In this document: positions 51,104 through 52,278 of the stretch, in pieces | Layout of the letters: every line of letters begins with the position of its first letter | Numbering within the stretch: the stretch's first letter is position 1 | DNA from: an uncultured Sphaerobacteraceae bacterium | GTDB taxonomy: Bacteria; Chloroflexota; Chloroflexia; Thermomicrobiales; UBA6265 | DNA: 52,278 bases | Direction: 5' to 3' | Assembly: GCA_964624125.1 (NCBI GenBank) | Contig: CAZVAA010000001.1 | Span: forward strand, 1-52,278 | Notes under the pieces: model-generated | Databases searched by the model: none | Seen by the model: the letters and a program-made list of their open reading frames with translations, nothing else | Told to the model about the DNA's origin: nothing | Program-made: the position numbers and the translations under genes

Positions 51104-52278
51104 TTATTCGCGGATGAGCTTGAGGACCTCGTTGGTCTTCTGTTCCAGCAGCGATTTCTCTTCGGCTTCAACGTTCAGGCGCAAGAGTGGCTGGGTATTG
51201 GATGCGCGGAGGTTGAACCACCAGTCGGAGAAGCCGACGGTGAGGCCGTCGAGGTGGTCGATCCTGGCATTTTCCGCAGTGTAGTGCTCATCGACACGCG
51301 CAATCACCGCATCGGTGTCATCGACTTCGGAATTGATTTCACCGGAGCGGAACCGGGTGTCAATAGGCTCGATGATTGACGAGAGCGAGTGTCCTTCTTC
51401 GGACATCAGCTCGAGCACGGTAAGCATCGCGATCAGGCCGCTGTCGGCATACCAGTTATCGCGAAAGTAGAAGTGGCCCGAATGCTCGCCACCGAAGATG
51501 GCATCCGCTTCCCGCATGATCGCCTTGATGAAGGAGTGGCCGACGCGGGATCGGATGGCGCGTCCGCCATGCTCCTCGATCACCTCGGCCACGGTGCGTG
51601 AGCAGATGAGGTTGTAGACAATGGACGACCCCGGGTGCTTCTTGAGCATCTGGATGGCCACCATCGCCGTCGTCATGTCGCCACCGACAAAGTTGCCGTT
51701 CTCGTCGATAAGGAACATGCGGTCGGCATCGCCATCGAACGCGACGCCCAGGTCGCATTGTTGTTCGACGACTGTGCGCTGGAGATCACGGATGTTCTCA
51801 GGCTCGATCGGGTTGGCCTCATGGTTCGGGAAGGTGCCGTCAAGCTCGAAGTAGAGAGGAACGATTTCGACCGGCAGTTTGTCGAACACGACCGGGACCA
51901 GCTTGCCGGCCATGCCGTTCCCGGCGTCGACGGCGATCTTGTAGGGCTTGATCGTTTCCCGGTCGATGATCGCAAGCGCGTGCTCGGCGTAATCGTTGAG
52001 CACGTCGCGTTTTTCGATCGTTCCCCGTTCGCCTCGCGGTTTCGGGAACTTCCCGGAGATGACGAGATCGCGGATATCGCCGATACCGGTATCCATCGAG
52101 AGCGCGCGGGCTTCTTCCTTGCAAATCTTGAAGCCGTTGTAGGCGGCAGGGTTGTGGGATGCGGTGATCATGACGCCGGCCGGATAGTCGAATTTACCGA
52201 CGGCAAAATAGAGGGTATCGGTGGATACCAGGCCGATATCGACGACATTCGCGCCCTGGTCACAGATGCCGGCCATCA
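51104..52278 (-). CDS. Phosphomannomutase/phosphoglucomutase (alpha-D-phosphohexomutase), with the N-terminus beyond the window
   Basis: GVMITASHNPAAYNGFK (active-site Ser loop), GVAFDGDADR (Mg loop) and GGEHSGH (sugar loop). Confidence 0.9.
   Translation of the reverse strand, partial: MAGICDQGANVVDIGLVSTDTLYFAVGKFDYPAGVMITASHNPAAYNGFKICKEEARALSMDTGIGDIRDLVISGKFPKPRGERGTIEKRDVLNDYAEHALAIIDRETIKPYKIAVDAGNGMAGKLVPVVFDKLPVEIVPLYFELDGTFPNHEANPIEPENIRDLQRTVVEQQCDLGVAFDGDADRMFLIDENGNFVGGDMTTAMVAIQMLKKHPGSSIVYNLICSRTVAEVIEEHGGRAIRSRVGHSFIKAIMREADAIFGGEHSGHFYFRDNWYADSGLIAMLTVLELMSEEGHSLSSIIEPIDTRFRSGEINSEVDDTDAVIARVDEHYTAENARIDHLDGLTVGFSDWWFNLRASNTQPLLRLNVEAEEKSLLEQKTNEVLKLIRE

Overview
High-GC bacterial chromosomal window, roughly 63-65% GC by eye, densely coding with about 50 protein genes. 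I found no rRNA or tRNA, no CRISPR array, and no transposase or integrase. All family calls come from motif recognition by eye; no search was run.

The backbone is housekeeping: mgtE (partial), acs, lysS, greA, a Fur/Zur-type regulator with a metal ABC importer, a tagA-family glycosyltransferase, murJ, larC, hrcA-grpE-dnaK behind a perfect CIRCE operator, a PadR module, acyl-CoA carboxylase beta and epsilon subunits, and a phosphohexomutase (partial). Envelope and redox genes are interspersed: two SH3b-YkuD L,D-transpeptidases, a Tat-exported C39-like peptidase, a polysaccharide deacetylase and a TauE/SafE exporter.

Two loci stand out:
1. 18.6-26.3 kb holds four tandem paralogs of a DUF2207-type membrane protein of unknown function. 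The fourth lacks the whole ectodomain. All four carry related Gly/Ser-rich tails, and the array runs straight into tagA, a Zn-ribbon membrane protein and murJ.
2. 34.6-37.3 kb encodes a 911-aa Tat lipoprotein built from seven tandem plastocyanin/auracyanin-like cupredoxin domains. Six keep the type-1 copper ligand set and one has lost two ligands.

Secondary items:
- a 720-bp structured non-coding gap upstream of greA
- a long promoter-proximal leader plus a small ORF upstream of mgtE
- a three-gene patch of unknown function at 37.4-40.1 kb
- tandem HicB-like/DinB-like paralogs
- candidate Zur and PadR operators
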